The notes under the pieces: model-generated
The model's database searches: none
The model's input: the letters and a program-made list of their open reading frames with translations, nothing else
What the model was told of the DNA's origin: nothing
Part shown: piece after piece, positions 43,934 through 54,117 of the stretch
Numbering within the stretch: the stretch's first letter is position 1
Layout: every line of letters begins with the position of its first letter
DNA from: Promethearchaeota archaeon
GTDB lineage: Archaea; Asgardarchaeota; Lokiarchaeia; Sigyniarchaeales; SOKP01
Reading direction: 5' to 3'
DNA length: 64,000 nt
Assembly: GCA_048938855.1 (NCBI GenBank)
Contig: JBHLLT010000004.1
Coordinates: forward strand, 64,001 to 128,000
Position numbers and translations under genes: made by a program

Positions 43934-44107
43934 CCAAAAAAAGTAATAGGAATTAATTAGGAAACTTTCTATTTAATTAAAATCCTATTTATTAGAATGT
44001 CAAAGTTCTGATTAACATGTCTAATCGCTAACTATAATATTTATATTTCTTAACTGGTTTATATGTTATAAGTAGAAATATTCATCAAAAGACATGAACC
44101 TTAAAAT

Positions 44108-44230
44108 GTGGCTCCTGTCAACCCCTGGATTTTTGTCTTTTGGTTGTGTAATTACTTACACATAGGAATAACCTACTCTGCCTTTTGTAAATTTTGGGCC
44201 TTATTTTGAGGCTTTCTTGGCAGGAGCCGC
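44108..44230 (+). ncRNA. Putative structured ncRNA or MITE-like element
   Basis: 13-bp terminal stem GTGGCTCCTGTCA/TGGCAGGAGCCGC (with G-U pairs) enclosing several short hairpins. Confidence 0.4.
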
Positions 44231-44293
44231 CTTTAATAGATTCTAAATGATAAATATGGAAAAATTGAGTTTCTTTTTTATAAAATACTATGA

Positions 44294-45139
44294 TTATAGG
44301 AGTAGAAAATTTTTTAATAAGAATAGATCTAATTTTAAATCTTTTAATAATCTCATATTGTTAAAAAGATATGCATAAATGTTTTCTTCACTAAAATATT
44401 TGAAACAATAGTTTTTACTTTTTGTTTCCTTCAAAATATTTACAATACCAGAAACAAGTGACTTTAGATTTTTAATAACTAAATCTTTATCAGCCTTAAT
44501 TAGATTTATATCGATTAAATTGAACCAAGATTCCTTAGTGAAAGTAATATTCTTAAGTACAGGAGAATTCTTAAAATCTTTTTTAGTAGTAAGTGTATTG
44601 TACATTTCTTCTACTTTATTTAGTATTGTAATTTTTGATTTACTATACATTTTATTCTCAATCACATTCCTTAACATAATTAGAATTTTTTGAAATACTC
44701 CTAATATATCAAAGAAATCCGCCGTTTTTGCTAGGACTTCGACTTCTTCCCATTGATCATGATAATCTTCGATTTCATTAAGAAAAGGAAGAAAAATATT
44801 AATATCTCCATCCCAATTATGTCCTCTTTTCTCCCAAATGGAGTCAAACTGTTTTATAAATGCATTTTTAATTACATTAAGCCTTGCAAGGATGAACTCA
44901 GTTTTAGTATCTTTTGTATCAGCAGCGACAAAGAGTAGTTTATAATTGTCTTCTAATATATAAACCCATCTTAATCCCCCCATTTCTATAGAATCCAGTG
45001 ATTCTTGAAACTCTATCATAGAAAAATGGTAAAAAGCCGTTAAAAATCCAGAAACAATATCTTCATCTGCACTGGTTTTCAAAAATGATTTGTAAAGTAA
45101 TTTTGTTCCTGATTCAGAATCTAATACCCATATATTCAT
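44294..45139 (-). CDS. Longin-like domain protein
   Basis: SG..LL....D..IVSGFLTA N-terminal pattern. Confidence 0.6.
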   Translation of the reverse strand: MNIWVLDSESGTKLLYKSFLKTSADEDIVSGFLTAFYHFSMIEFQESLDSIEMGGLRWVYILEDNYKLLFVAADTKDTKTEFILARLNVIKNAFIKQFDSIWEKRGHNWDGDINIFLPFLNEIEDYHDQWEEVEVLAKTADFFDILGVFQKILIMLRNVIENKMYSKSKITILNKVEEMYNTLTTKKDFKNSPVLKNITFTKESWFNLIDINLIKADKDLVIKNLKSLVSGIVNILKETKSKNYCFKYFSEENIYAYLFNNMRLLKDLKLDLFLLKNFLLL

Positions 45140-45306
45140 ATCAATAGAAAATAAATTGGCTTCTTTTAGGGAAAATAAAAATCCGAATCTTTTAAATTAT
45201 TTCCCAATAAATTTTAGAAATAATCTTAAGGTTCCAAAACTCGAAAACTTCAAAACTTGTTGCCAATATCTCTAATAATATGTTTTAATTTTGTATCTCC
45301 AATATC

Positions 45307-47025
45307 TTAATCCAAGTAATTACATATAATTTTAATATCTTGTTGGGTAAATTTGGGATTTTTAAGGTATTTTTTCATTAAAATATCTTTAATTTTAGAA
45401 TTATTTGAGTAATTATAGGATTTAGCTAAGAAATATACTTGAGTTTGGATTAAATAAGCTAAAAAGTGAAGAAAAGTGGAATTTATTCTTGTTTCATTAT
45501 TTTTTAAAGCTATTGTTATTTGCTCACGAGTCATTTTGCTATGAGCAATTTTATTTCTAATATTATTAAACCAAAAGAGCTCTCTCTCGAGTTTTAAAGG
45601 GAATTGAAACTTTTTTATTTTAGTTGGCATTCTAATGTCTTTTGAATCACCAATTCTAAACACTTTATCATAAAAATTAGAAAATTGTCTGAAGAAATCA
45701 ACTATGAAATCTCTTTTATTTTCAACTTCATAAAGCTCCACCCAATCTCCAATTCTCATTTTTGGCATTCCAGCCATAATTTCTTCCTTTATTTTTTCTG
45801 GGATATTCTCATCCTCCTGAGAGTCTTTCGAAATTTCATAATTCTTATCTGAATCAAGTAAATCGTATAATTCAGAGATTTCATTAAAAAAATAGGAAAA
45901 TTCTTTAGAGCTATTATTAACTGATTGACTCAACTGTTCTAAATAATCTAAATGAGCTTTTAACCATATTTTATATGCAATCCAATCCTTTTTGGGTAAT
46001 GGTATTTCTGGTTCTGAAATTTTATCTTCAATATCTTCTAATTTCACATCAGATATATTCATGTTCGGGTTATTTGTTACTAAGCCTAGTTTCTTTTCTA
46101 TTGTTTCAATATCTATTTGATCTGATTCAGATAATTTATAGTTTGAGATATTCATCTGATGCCATTCATCGATAAACTCATTTGGAATCCCCTCCTTCCA
46201 ATGATGGTTTCTTAAATAATTATAAAGTTTCTGGGGGTTGTATAATTCATCTAATTCTAAATGAGCAGGATTCACCTTCCTACTTCTGTATTCATGTAAT
46301 AATTGGATGAATTCCTTACCAAGAGCGTGATTTGTTGAAATAAGAACTTCATATTCCCTTGAAAAATCTTTTAAATTCTTACGAGGTTCAAATTTTATTT
46401 CAGAAATTTCTGGAATATTGATATCATAATAACGACTTGTGAAATCTAAGATTGAATTCCAGTATCTTTTATCATATTCCTTAAGGATATCATATAAATT
46501 ATCTAAAGTATTTGACTGATTTAGTTCTTTGAAGATCCGAGTTGCTACTATCTTGATCTTTTGAATATTTTCTTGTAATATAATCTCATCTTGAGAACTG
46601 GAAATAAGTAAATTTTCAAATTCTAACTCATCATCAGTAAGGTTGTAGTTTAAAAACTGATTATTTTTTTTATTGTAGAAAATGAATTTGCTTCCATTTG
46701 CTAAATTACTTATATTCTCATTTGAATTGATGACACATCGAATTCCATCCAATTCCATAATCTCTTTCACTTTTTCTTTATCAACATTATAAATAAAATA
46801 AAGTGTTGGAGTCTGTGAATATGAGTTAGTGCTTTCAAATTCTAAAATCTCTTTAAGATTGTGAAGAGCTGTGGTTTCAAGATCAATTACATTATATCCA
46901 ACAGTAAATTTTTCTAAGGCATGTAAATGTTTTAAGTCAACATAGGGGAAAATCACTAAATTCTTCTGCTGAAAAAAAATTATATTGAGAAATTCTGGTT
47001 TTATAAAATCTGAGCCTGTATCCAT
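45307..47025 (-). CDS. Hypothetical protein with possible C-terminal HEPN domain
   Basis: Long ORF; RNKIAH (RxxxxH) near the C-terminus. Confidence 0.55.
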   Translation of the reverse strand: MDTGSDFIKPEFLNIIFFQQKNLVIFPYVDLKHLHALEKFTVGYNVIDLETTALHNLKEILEFESTNSYSQTPTLYFIYNVDKEKVKEIMELDGIRCVINSNENISNLANGSKFIFYNKKNNQFLNYNLTDDELEFENLLISSSQDEIILQENIQKIKIVATRIFKELNQSNTLDNLYDILKEYDKRYWNSILDFTSRYYDINIPEISEIKFEPRKNLKDFSREYEVLISTNHALGKEFIQLLHEYRSRKVNPAHLELDELYNPQKLYNYLRNHHWKEGIPNEFIDEWHQMNISNYKLSESDQIDIETIEKKLGLVTNNPNMNISDVKLEDIEDKISEPEIPLPKKDWIAYKIWLKAHLDYLEQLSQSVNNSSKEFSYFFNEISELYDLLDSDKNYEISKDSQEDENIPEKIKEEIMAGMPKMRIGDWVELYEVENKRDFIVDFFRQFSNFYDKVFRIGDSKDIRMPTKIKKFQFPLKLERELFWFNNIRNKIAHSKMTREQITIALKNNETRINSTFLHFLAYLIQTQVYFLAKSYNYSNNSKIKDILMKKYLKNPKFTQQDIKIICNYLD

Positions 47026-47060
47026 GAGATCTCCTCAATTTTTAAGAATTTATAATGAAC

Positions 47061-47732
47061 TTATTCTTTAAAGTAATTAAAAATAATTTGAACTATTAAA
47101 TCCTTAAAACACTCTATTACATTTTTACCTTTTAGGGCTTCTGCGGGGTATACAACTAGTGTTCCATCGGGATATGATTCTTGAAGCGGTAACCCCAAAT
47201 GAAGTTTAAAGTTTTTAACAGGAAGAGCATTTTCTAAATCACGTTTATTCAGTTGAATTAGATAGGGTATCTTTTTAGGTTTGGCGAAACTAACCAATTC
47301 TCGAAAGCTTCTTTTATTTTGCTCTATCTTTTCAGGATCTGAATCTCCTATGAATATTATACCATCAGCACCATCTAAAACGTATTCACGTGTAGATAGG
47401 AATCTTTCTTGTCCTGTACAAGTCACTACATGACAAATAATATTGAATTTAATATCGTATAAAGTGAATTTAAATAATAAATAGAGAGAGTCTTCCCATA
47501 AAGTTCTTCCTTCAGTAGTTTCTATTGAATAGCCACGAGTTAATTTGATCAAATCGAATTTTTCACGTAATCTAAAGAAATTTGTAGTCTTTCCACTTTC
47601 TCCTGGCCCCCAATATACGATTTTGAATTGAATCATATTTTCTGAATCATTAAAATCAAAATCTTCACTTACTTCTACTTTTACTTTTCCTAAATTTCTG
47701 TGCTCTAATTCCATACGATCACCTGAGCTCAT
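47061..47732 (-). CDS. MglA-like small GTPase
   Basis: KIVYWGPGESGKTTN, GRTL, GQ, ADG, NKRD. Confidence 0.85.
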   Translation of the reverse strand: MSSGDRMELEHRNLGKVKVEVSEDFDFNDSENMIQFKIVYWGPGESGKTTNFFRLREKFDLIKLTRGYSIETTEGRTLWEDSLYLLFKFTLYDIKFNIICHVVTCTGQERFLSTREYVLDGADGIIFIGDSDPEKIEQNKRSFRELVSFAKPKKIPYLIQLNKRDLENALPVKNFKLHLGLPLQESYPDGTLVVYPAEALKGKNVIECFKDLIVQIIFNYFKE

Positions 47733-47737
47733 GAATA

Positions 47738-48289
47738 TTAGGAAATTGTGCCAATCTTATCTTTGAATATCTGTTTTTTCAATTCCTTGATATGTTCTTT
47801 GATATCTTTTTCTGGCATCTTTAAGACATTCTTCATATGTTCATTTTTCTCAATTTCTTCTTTAATAGCCTGGGCAAATTTACTCATCTGTAGGATCATA
47901 ACACCTAGATTTACTTCATTATCAGTTAGAAGCACAATAAGAATATCTCGTTTACCTTTTTTCTGAAGTTCTATATTTCCAATGGACTTTACAAATAATC
48001 TCATATCGCTATAAATTATTGTAGCACGTTCTAATGCTTCAGTTTCAAAGAAATCCTGTCCTTGCCGTGCGACTCCATATAAGGCGGCACCTATAGAACT
48101 TAAATCCCAATAGTTAAGTTTTCGATCGAATCTTGAGTCGATTGCGATAATTTTTGCATCCTGATCAATGGCTATTAGTCCATAGATGTACCCTTTTCGA
48201 GTTAATTTACCATAATTATATCTAATATCGTCCAACACTTCAGTTATTTTATTTTGGTATAATACCTTGGGTATATGAGTTAATGTCAT
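47738..48289 (-). CDS. Roadblock/MglB-like protein
   Basis: Roadblock-like fold pattern (LSSIGAAL..., VNLG) adjacent to the MglA-like GTPase; likely start MTLTHIP. Confidence 0.65.
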   Translation of the reverse strand: MTLTHIPKVLYQNKITEVLDDIRYNYGKLTRKGYIYGLIAIDQDAKIIAIDSRFDRKLNYWDLSSIGAALYGVARQGQDFFETEALERATIIYSDMRLFVKSIGNIELQKKGKRDILIVLLTDNEVNLGVMILQMSKFAQAIKEEIEKNEHMKNVLKMPEKDIKEHIKELKKQIFKDKIGTIS

Positions 48290-48419
48290 ATTTTTTCTTT
48301 TAAATTGTAATTTTGTTTGAAGAAGATAATAAAAGGTATATTTAAAGAAAAAAATAAGATAACCAACCAAAAAATATAGGATTTACAGATTTTATTTTGA
48401 ATTTCTTTTTTTCAGATAA

Positions 48420-49712
48420 CTAAGAATCTCCATTATGCTCTGATTCAATATTGAGATCATACCCGCAATTAGAGCAAAACTTTTGGGTACCTCGAAAGAA
48501 TTGTTTTCCACAATTTGGACAAACTCCTATATTTTGAGAATATAGATGAGGTGTAAATAAAGGAATACTCTGTGAATTGTAAAATGTAGTCTCCTGTTCA
48601 ATTGGTTTTGCTACTTCTAATTTACGACGAGATCTTCTTGATGCTATTATAATACTAAGAACTATTACTGTAAGTCCAACAACAGCTATGATAACAATAA
48701 TGATAGTAATATCTAAACCCCCAGGATTACTAGGAGGTGTATCTGCTCCTAACCATATATTTAATTGATCAAATTTGTCCTGATTTAATCGTGTCCCAAA
48801 ATTAGCATCCGTTCCATTTTCATATTCATAGGCATTAATTGTCAAAATATAATAGCTTCCATTCACTTCTTCCCATACTGGACTCCCACTTTGTCCTCCA
48901 GCAGTATCCATCCAATACCAATGATTAAAATTATCAGCACGGTCACCCACGTTTGAATTATAATACATATATTCCCCATTATCTAAATCTCCCGGATATC
49001 CTGCAGTATAGAGAGTTCCTGTATAGATAGGATCTGTTGGTAACGCAGTTTTTCTTCCCATCCATCCTGTTTGATTGCCAATAGTGCGATCAAGAGTGAT
49101 TAATGCCCAATCATGTTGGGGTGCTGCACTTTGAATCCATTCATTATATGTTCGGTAATTTGTAGCGAAGGCAATTCCGAATGGTCTTGCTGGACCTGCT
49201 TTCCCGGGAATTACTCTCACTTGGCTAACCCACCCTCCATGATCATGTATATATACACAATGTCCACATGTTAAAACGTGATATGAATCTACAATCATTC
49301 CAGAACCTATAAACAATGATTGATCTTCAGCAGTTATTTCTAACTTACAAATTGAACTCCATGGATAAGAAGAAGTGTCAGTTATTCTCACCCTACCATC
49401 AGGAGGAAAAACATACGACATTTGAAGCCCTTCATTTTCAAATGTATTGTCGTGATTAGTATGATCACCTAAATATGGGGGAATAGTATTCTGAAAAGAA
49501 TCCTCATCACGAGTGTTAGTGAAATATTGTATTTCTTCTGAATGTGTGAGAACATTGTACCCAACTGTAGAACTAATATTATCTAAAGAAAAACTGGGGG
49601 AAATTGTGTTGTTTTGAGCGAAATTAGTGTGATCCATATTAGTTAACGTAAAAATAAAAGGACTAGCAAGGAAGAATCCAATTAATATACAAATTGAGTT
49701 ATATCTTTGCAA
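48420..49712 (-). CDS. Membrane-anchored trypsin-like serine protease (V8/glutamyl endopeptidase type) with C-terminal zinc ribbon
   Basis: LTCGHC, DWAL, GQSGSP; TM; CPNCG...FCSNCG. Confidence 0.88.
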   Translation of the reverse strand: MQRYNSICILIGFFLASPFIFTLTNMDHTNFAQNNTISPSFSLDNISSTVGYNVLTHSEEIQYFTNTRDEDSFQNTIPPYLGDHTNHDNTFENEGLQMSYVFPPDGRVRITDTSSYPWSSICKLEITAEDQSLFIGSGMIVDSYHVLTCGHCVYIHDHGGWVSQVRVIPGKAGPARPFGIAFATNYRTYNEWIQSAAPQHDWALITLDRTIGNQTGWMGRKTALPTDPIYTGTLYTAGYPGDLDNGEYMYYNSNVGDRADNFNHWYWMDTAGGQSGSPVWEEVNGSYYILTINAYEYENGTDANFGTRLNQDKFDQLNIWLGADTPPSNPGGLDITIIIVIIAVVGLTVIVLSIIIASRRSRRKLEVAKPIEQETTFYNSQSIPLFTPHLYSQNIGVCPNCGKQFFRGTQKFCSNCGYDLNIESEHNGDS

Positions 49713-49781
49713 GAAATAAATACCTTTTTTACTCTTACATTTAGAAATTAGAATTTATTTATAAAACTAGTAGTTATAAAT

Positions 49782-50729
49782 TTAAAGAAATTGGATGTCA
49801 GATTTTTTTGTAAAATTTAACTCTTTTTCATTTGAATATGCATTTTCTTTAATAAGGACATTTGAAAGTTTAACAGTAGCCCCCTCAGTTATTAATTTCA
49901 AACATTCGACAGCTCGAATTCCCCAGACATTTACTTTAATCGATGCTGACTCATCCGAAAGTATCAGTTTTAACAAAAAAGATTTATCACCATTCTTAAG
50001 TGTTAATTCCTTGAAAAAATCAACCTGTATTTCTCCAGTTATAAATCTTATAAATCCATCCTTTTCAAAAAGGTTTTGAATTGTCCATTTAGATTTCTTT
50101 TTTGAATTCTCTTTTAAAATCTCACTTGAATGTTCTGAAGGTTGATATTTTGCGTTTTTTGAATTTACAATTTCAGGGAGTTTAACATTTTCAGGCGCTA
50201 AAATAATATTACTTTGCCTTCCCAAATGGACTTCTAACTTCCCATCTCTTCCCTTATTTGAATATCCTCCAATTATTTGAATTATTTCTCCCTTCTTAAA
50301 AAGTTCATTTTCCAATATCTCCACATTCTCATTCCATAATACAACCTTAATACAATCAGAATTATCACAGATTTTAAATGAACCAACGCGCCCTGAAGTA
50401 CCATCTTTTTTAATAAAAGCACCAACTTGGAATACTGTTTCGACCATTCCAACAATTACAATATTTCTCATATTTTCCACAATCGAGGAGATAGTTATAG
50501 CAAAATCATTATAGTCTATGATTTCTTCAGTAATATGGTTTAAAATCTCCTTATTCTCTATGGAATCTATATTGACCCCCTGCTCCTTAGCAATTAAATA
50601 TAAAATTGCTGGTTTCGTCATGAATCCTTGAAATTCAGCCTCTTTCTCTGTTATATTTTCATTAATTTCTTGTTCACTTATCCCTGCATCCAATAGTGCC
50701 TGATAAATCTCTTCAGCTCTTTCGACCAT
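49782..50729 (-). CDS. Replication protein A / OB-fold ssDNA-binding protein
   Basis: Two OB folds (D....IKVVLW, DESASIKVNVW). Confidence 0.85.
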   Translation of the reverse strand: MVERAEEIYQALLDAGISEQEINENITEKEAEFQGFMTKPAILYLIAKEQGVNIDSIENKEILNHITEEIIDYNDFAITISSIVENMRNIVIVGMVETVFQVGAFIKKDGTSGRVGSFKICDNSDCIKVVLWNENVEILENELFKKGEIIQIIGGYSNKGRDGKLEVHLGRQSNIILAPENVKLPEIVNSKNAKYQPSEHSSEILKENSKKKSKWTIQNLFEKDGFIRFITGEIQVDFFKELTLKNGDKSFLLKLILSDESASIKVNVWGIRAVECLKLITEGATVKLSNVLIKENAYSNEKELNFTKKSDIQFL

Positions 50730-50749
50730 ATTTTTTCATACTCTTAATA

Positions 50750-50989
50750 TTATTCATAAATATATGGAAAATTTCTTTGCCTATTATTAACTTCAAAAGA
50801 AGAATTAAGATTTAGACTTAAAACTCTTGTAATTTCTTCATTGGAATTAACACAACAATTCCAATTATTCACGCTTCTATCATTATTAAGAACTATTCCA
50901 CATTTATTGGAATGGTGTAGACAGACATTAAATCCTCTTCTTCTGCTTGAAGTAATTTCTTCTAATGAAATTTTATTCATTTCTTCCAA
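50750..50989 (-). CDS. Small Cys/Asn-rich hypothetical protein
   Basis: 79-aa ORF between the shared promoter motif and RPA. Confidence 0.5.
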   Translation of the reverse strand: MEEMNKISLEEITSSRRRGFNVCLHHSNKCGIVLNNDRSVNNWNCCVNSNEEITRVLSLNLNSSFEVNNRQRNFPYIYE

Positions 50990-51073
50990 ATGATTATTTA
51001 ATTTTCTTTAGATAGAAGTTAATAGGGATTATATTTAAAGAAAAAAATGGAAAAATGAATTAGAACTCTAATT

Positions 51074-51694
51074 TTACTTATTATTTAATTTTTTAATGTA
51101 ATTTGCTGTTAGTCCTATTTTATTTCGGGTTCTGTGAAAAGCATATGCAGAGCAATTACAGAAAACCCTTAAATTAGATTGAATTATTTTATAATGAGCT
51201 TGGGCTAGCTCGTTGTCGAGAAGATCAGTTATGAAAATCACTACAGCAACCTGAGTCATGATCTGTGGTCTAAAACATAATTGACTTAATTTAATCTCTA
51301 ATCTTTTCGCATTTTCCCTTGCTCTTTTATAATCAAATACAGGAGCTAATCGATGAAGTTTATGCAAATATACTCGAACTTTATGAGTTTGATGCCGAGA
51401 ACAGAACAATTTTGCATTTATTCTGAAAAATCTCTTAATTCTAATCAAATCAATTAAAAAGCCTGAAATCATTCTATGAACTATTATTTTTGGGACATTA
51501 GTGGCTTCACTTATCTGATTATATTCAGAATCAGTAAGGGCTCGGACCTTTTCATTATTAGGAGCAAATGTAATGTTGCGAAATAAATAATTTAGTACTA
51601 CTTGACGAGAAGCACTTGAATTTTTAAAAAACTTTACATAATACTCATTTATATCATCTGCTTTAATAATTGGTTGTTTCAGAGTCTGACTCAT
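51074..51694 (-). CDS. Hypothetical protein, possible TFB/cyclin-fold C-terminus
   Basis: VAVVIFITD...IIQSNLRVFCNCSAYAFHR resembles the spacing of a TFIIB repeat; SD TGAGG. Confidence 0.5.
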   Translation of the reverse strand: MSQTLKQPIIKADDINEYYVKFFKNSSASRQVVLNYLFRNITFAPNNEKVRALTDSEYNQISEATNVPKIIVHRMISGFLIDLIRIKRFFRINAKLFCSRHQTHKVRVYLHKLHRLAPVFDYKRARENAKRLEIKLSQLCFRPQIMTQVAVVIFITDLLDNELAQAHYKIIQSNLRVFCNCSAYAFHRTRNKIGLTANYIKKLNNK

Positions 51695-51801
51695 GATTTC
51701 CTCACTACAGCAACTAAATATTAAGTTATCATATTAATGAGTCTATTTAAACAAAAAATAGGCTTTAACTTTCACGAGAATTCATATTTAAAAAAAAAAA
51801 A

Positions 51802-52896
51802 TTATAAAAGATTATCCAAAGTAATTTGGCGTTTTTTTGATTGTTGCTTTTGTTGGAAAAAATGATCTCTACATATCTCGTAATTTTTTTTTAATTTATC
51901 AAGATTTTTTTCCAGACGTTCCTTATTTAAATAGTGTTCTTCACACAATAAAGTGAATATTCTTGATTCATTGGGGGGATTCCACAACAAATTATCGATT
52001 TTTTCATTTACATCTGGGAATAAAAAAATTTTTCTCACTTCTTTAATAATGCTTGGATTTAGTCTACTAAAATCATACTTGTTATACTCTTTTAGAATAA
52101 CAGACTCTAGAGATTTGTACTTTCTAATTAGAGTTAATGCTTTCTTTGGACCAACTCCAGATACACCTACATTATAATCCGTACCGATAAGTATCCCGAT
52201 ATCAACTAATTGAAACAGTGAAATTCCCAAATTTGATAAATTTTTCTGCAAATCTATTATAGCAGGTTTTATCTTTTGATATTGCCATTTGCCTTGTACT
52301 TTTCTTTGCAATGATTTCGAAAGATTTTGGATTATATATGGACACCCTAATAATATAGAATCATAATCTTGTGAGTTAGAATAATGGGCAAACCCTTTCT
52401 TAACCAAATGAGTACACTGAGACTCTGCTGATGCCGGTGATTCTATGTAAGGAACACCTAATGCCCCAAGAAGTTGTTTAGATTCTCTTATAATATTTTT
52501 CCACATATATTCCCCGCTGAGTGCAATTTCTCTTGCTAAACCTTTATTATTCTCTCTAATTGCCTTTTCATACCATTTTTGAGTGAAAAGGAAGTCTTTT
52601 AATTGATCTTTTGTTATTAATTTTTTAAGAATTGAGACTTTTCCATCAAAACAGAAAATAGGAAAAATATTTTTTGAATAGTAAAAATTTACTCGATATA
52701 AAAGACCATATAGATGAGATATCGGTCTCTGTGTTCGATCTAATATAAGTTTTGTGTTAGAATTACCTGGATTCTTTAACGTGAAGTTAAATAATCCCAT
52801 TATTATATTTGGAGCATCAACTGCTATAATTTTCCCTCTTAAATCTTGAATATCAATTATCTTTGAGACAATTAAATTTTGTATTTTAACTCCCAT
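51802..52896 (-). CDS. fen: Flap endonuclease 1 family nuclease
   Basis: MGVK, AVDA, FDG, AESQ, SQDYD, GTDYN..GVGPK, C-terminal PIP box QITLDNL. Confidence 0.88.
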   Translation of the reverse strand: MGVKIQNLIVSKIIDIQDLRGKIIAVDAPNIIMGLFNFTLKNPGNSNTKLILDRTQRPISHLYGLLYRVNFYYSKNIFPIFCFDGKVSILKKLITKDQLKDFLFTQKWYEKAIRENNKGLAREIALSGEYMWKNIIRESKQLLGALGVPYIESPASAESQCTHLVKKGFAHYSNSQDYDSILLGCPYIIQNLSKSLQRKVQGKWQYQKIKPAIIDLQKNLSNLGISLFQLVDIGILIGTDYNVGVSGVGPKKALTLIRKYKSLESVILKEYNKYDFSRLNPSIIKEVRKIFLFPDVNEKIDNLLWNPPNESRIFTLLCEEHYLNKERLEKNLDKLKKNYEICRDHFFQQKQQSKKRQITLDNLL

Positions 52897-53078
52897 GTCT
52901 TATTATCAACAAAATAATTTAATAAAAAGAAAAAATGAAATTAATTTTTGTAGATCCAAAATGAAATTCACTTGTACTGTTTTTAGAGATATAATTTAAT
53001 TTAAGGTGAATGACACAAATCAAATGACGGTATTTCAGCAGAAGATTAACTTTTGAGAAAGAGGTTAGAATTAGTTGC

Positions 53079-53453
53079 TTACTCTTGAATATCCTTTAGA
53101 TCTTCATCAATTGATTTTAAAAATTTTTTTTGAGTCATTTCATCTTTGAAGTCATCTTCAAATGAATCTGCTAAAGCTTCTAAATCTTGATCTGACATGA
53201 GATTATCTTCATCAATTTCACTGTATAGAAATTCTTTAAAAAACTCAAAACCACAATCCCTACATTCAATCAGCTCTCCATAATCTATATATTCATTGGA
53301 TTGACAATTAGGACAGCGAAATTCTGAAGGCATTTTTGGATGAAATATCATAAGTAGATATGTAATAACTAATAATATGAACACTGAGAATATAAACCTA
53401 TCATCATAAATGTAAAAAATCATGCAAATAGGTAAAATTGCGGGAATATACAT
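53079..53453 (-). CDS. Small zinc-ribbon protein with acidic tail
   Basis: CPNC...CRDCG; alternative start ATG 53333. Confidence 0.65.
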   Translation of the reverse strand: MYIPAILPICMIFYIYDDRFIFSVFILLVITYLLMIFHPKMPSEFRCPNCQSNEYIDYGELIECRDCGFEFFKEFLYSEIDEDNLMSDQDLEALADSFEDDFKDEMTQKKFLKSIDEDLKDIQE

Positions 53454-53590
53454 TTCACCTTCTGTTTTCTAGCTTAGATTTATCTTTTCTTTTTAAATAA
53501 AAATAAGATCAAATATTTTCTGCTTTTTCCTTTAAATACAATCAATTAAATGTTTAATTAATATAAATAGTAAAAGGCAAAGTGATGTGA

Positions 53591-53974
53591 ATTTCGAAAA
53601 AACACGAATTTGATACTAGATATATCGTAAAACCGAAATATGAACCATCTCGAAGGATTATTGCTATATTCTTTTGTATTTTATTATTTGTTTTCGTATT
53701 TTTTCCAGTTTTTGGGTTAAATTGGAGATACCAAATTGGAGGTGCATTATCTAGTATTATTGATGGAATAGGTACATTTTCTATAGCAATTGGTGGACTT
53801 CTTACTTTAGTGGGTTTTGTGGGAATTTTTACAAGGAGTTCGCATTGGGCTAGAAATGTAATAATTGGGATAGCGTTATTATGGATTGGATGCTGGTGTA
53901 CTGGATCAGTAGTTGATTTCTTTGGTATATTAATAGGGGATTCCACCTCTTCGGGGGGTGGTGGATATCATTAA
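53591..53974 (+). CDS. Membrane protein missed by the ORF track (non-canonical start)
   Basis: 127-codon open frame ISKKHEF...GGYH with 3-4 hydrophobic helices; the annotated minus ORF 53554-53946 is its shadow. Confidence 0.7.
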   Translation: MSKKHEFDTRYIVKPKYEPSRRIIAIFFCILLFVFVFFPVFGLNWRYQIGGALSSIIDGIGTFSIAIGGLLTLVGFVGIFTRSSHWARNVIIGIALLWIGCWCTGSVVDFFGILIGDSTSSGGGGYH

Positions 53975-54117
53975 TAATTCTTTTGCGTGGAATCTTATTT
54001 CTGTTTTTTATCCTTAATTATGTTCGAAAGATTGAACACAATTATCTTAATAAGGTATTTTAACGGTATCATTATATGAAATTAAGGTTATATCTCTAAG
54101 AAATTTAAAGATTAAAA

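Noticed and set aside
53024-53068. Tiny ORF MTVFQQKINF-TGA-ERG behind an SD-like AGGTGA
   Set aside because: Too short, with no SECIS and no other support.
53554-53946. 130-aa minus-strand ORF
   Set aside because: Shadow of a more protein-like plus-strand membrane gene at 53591-53974.
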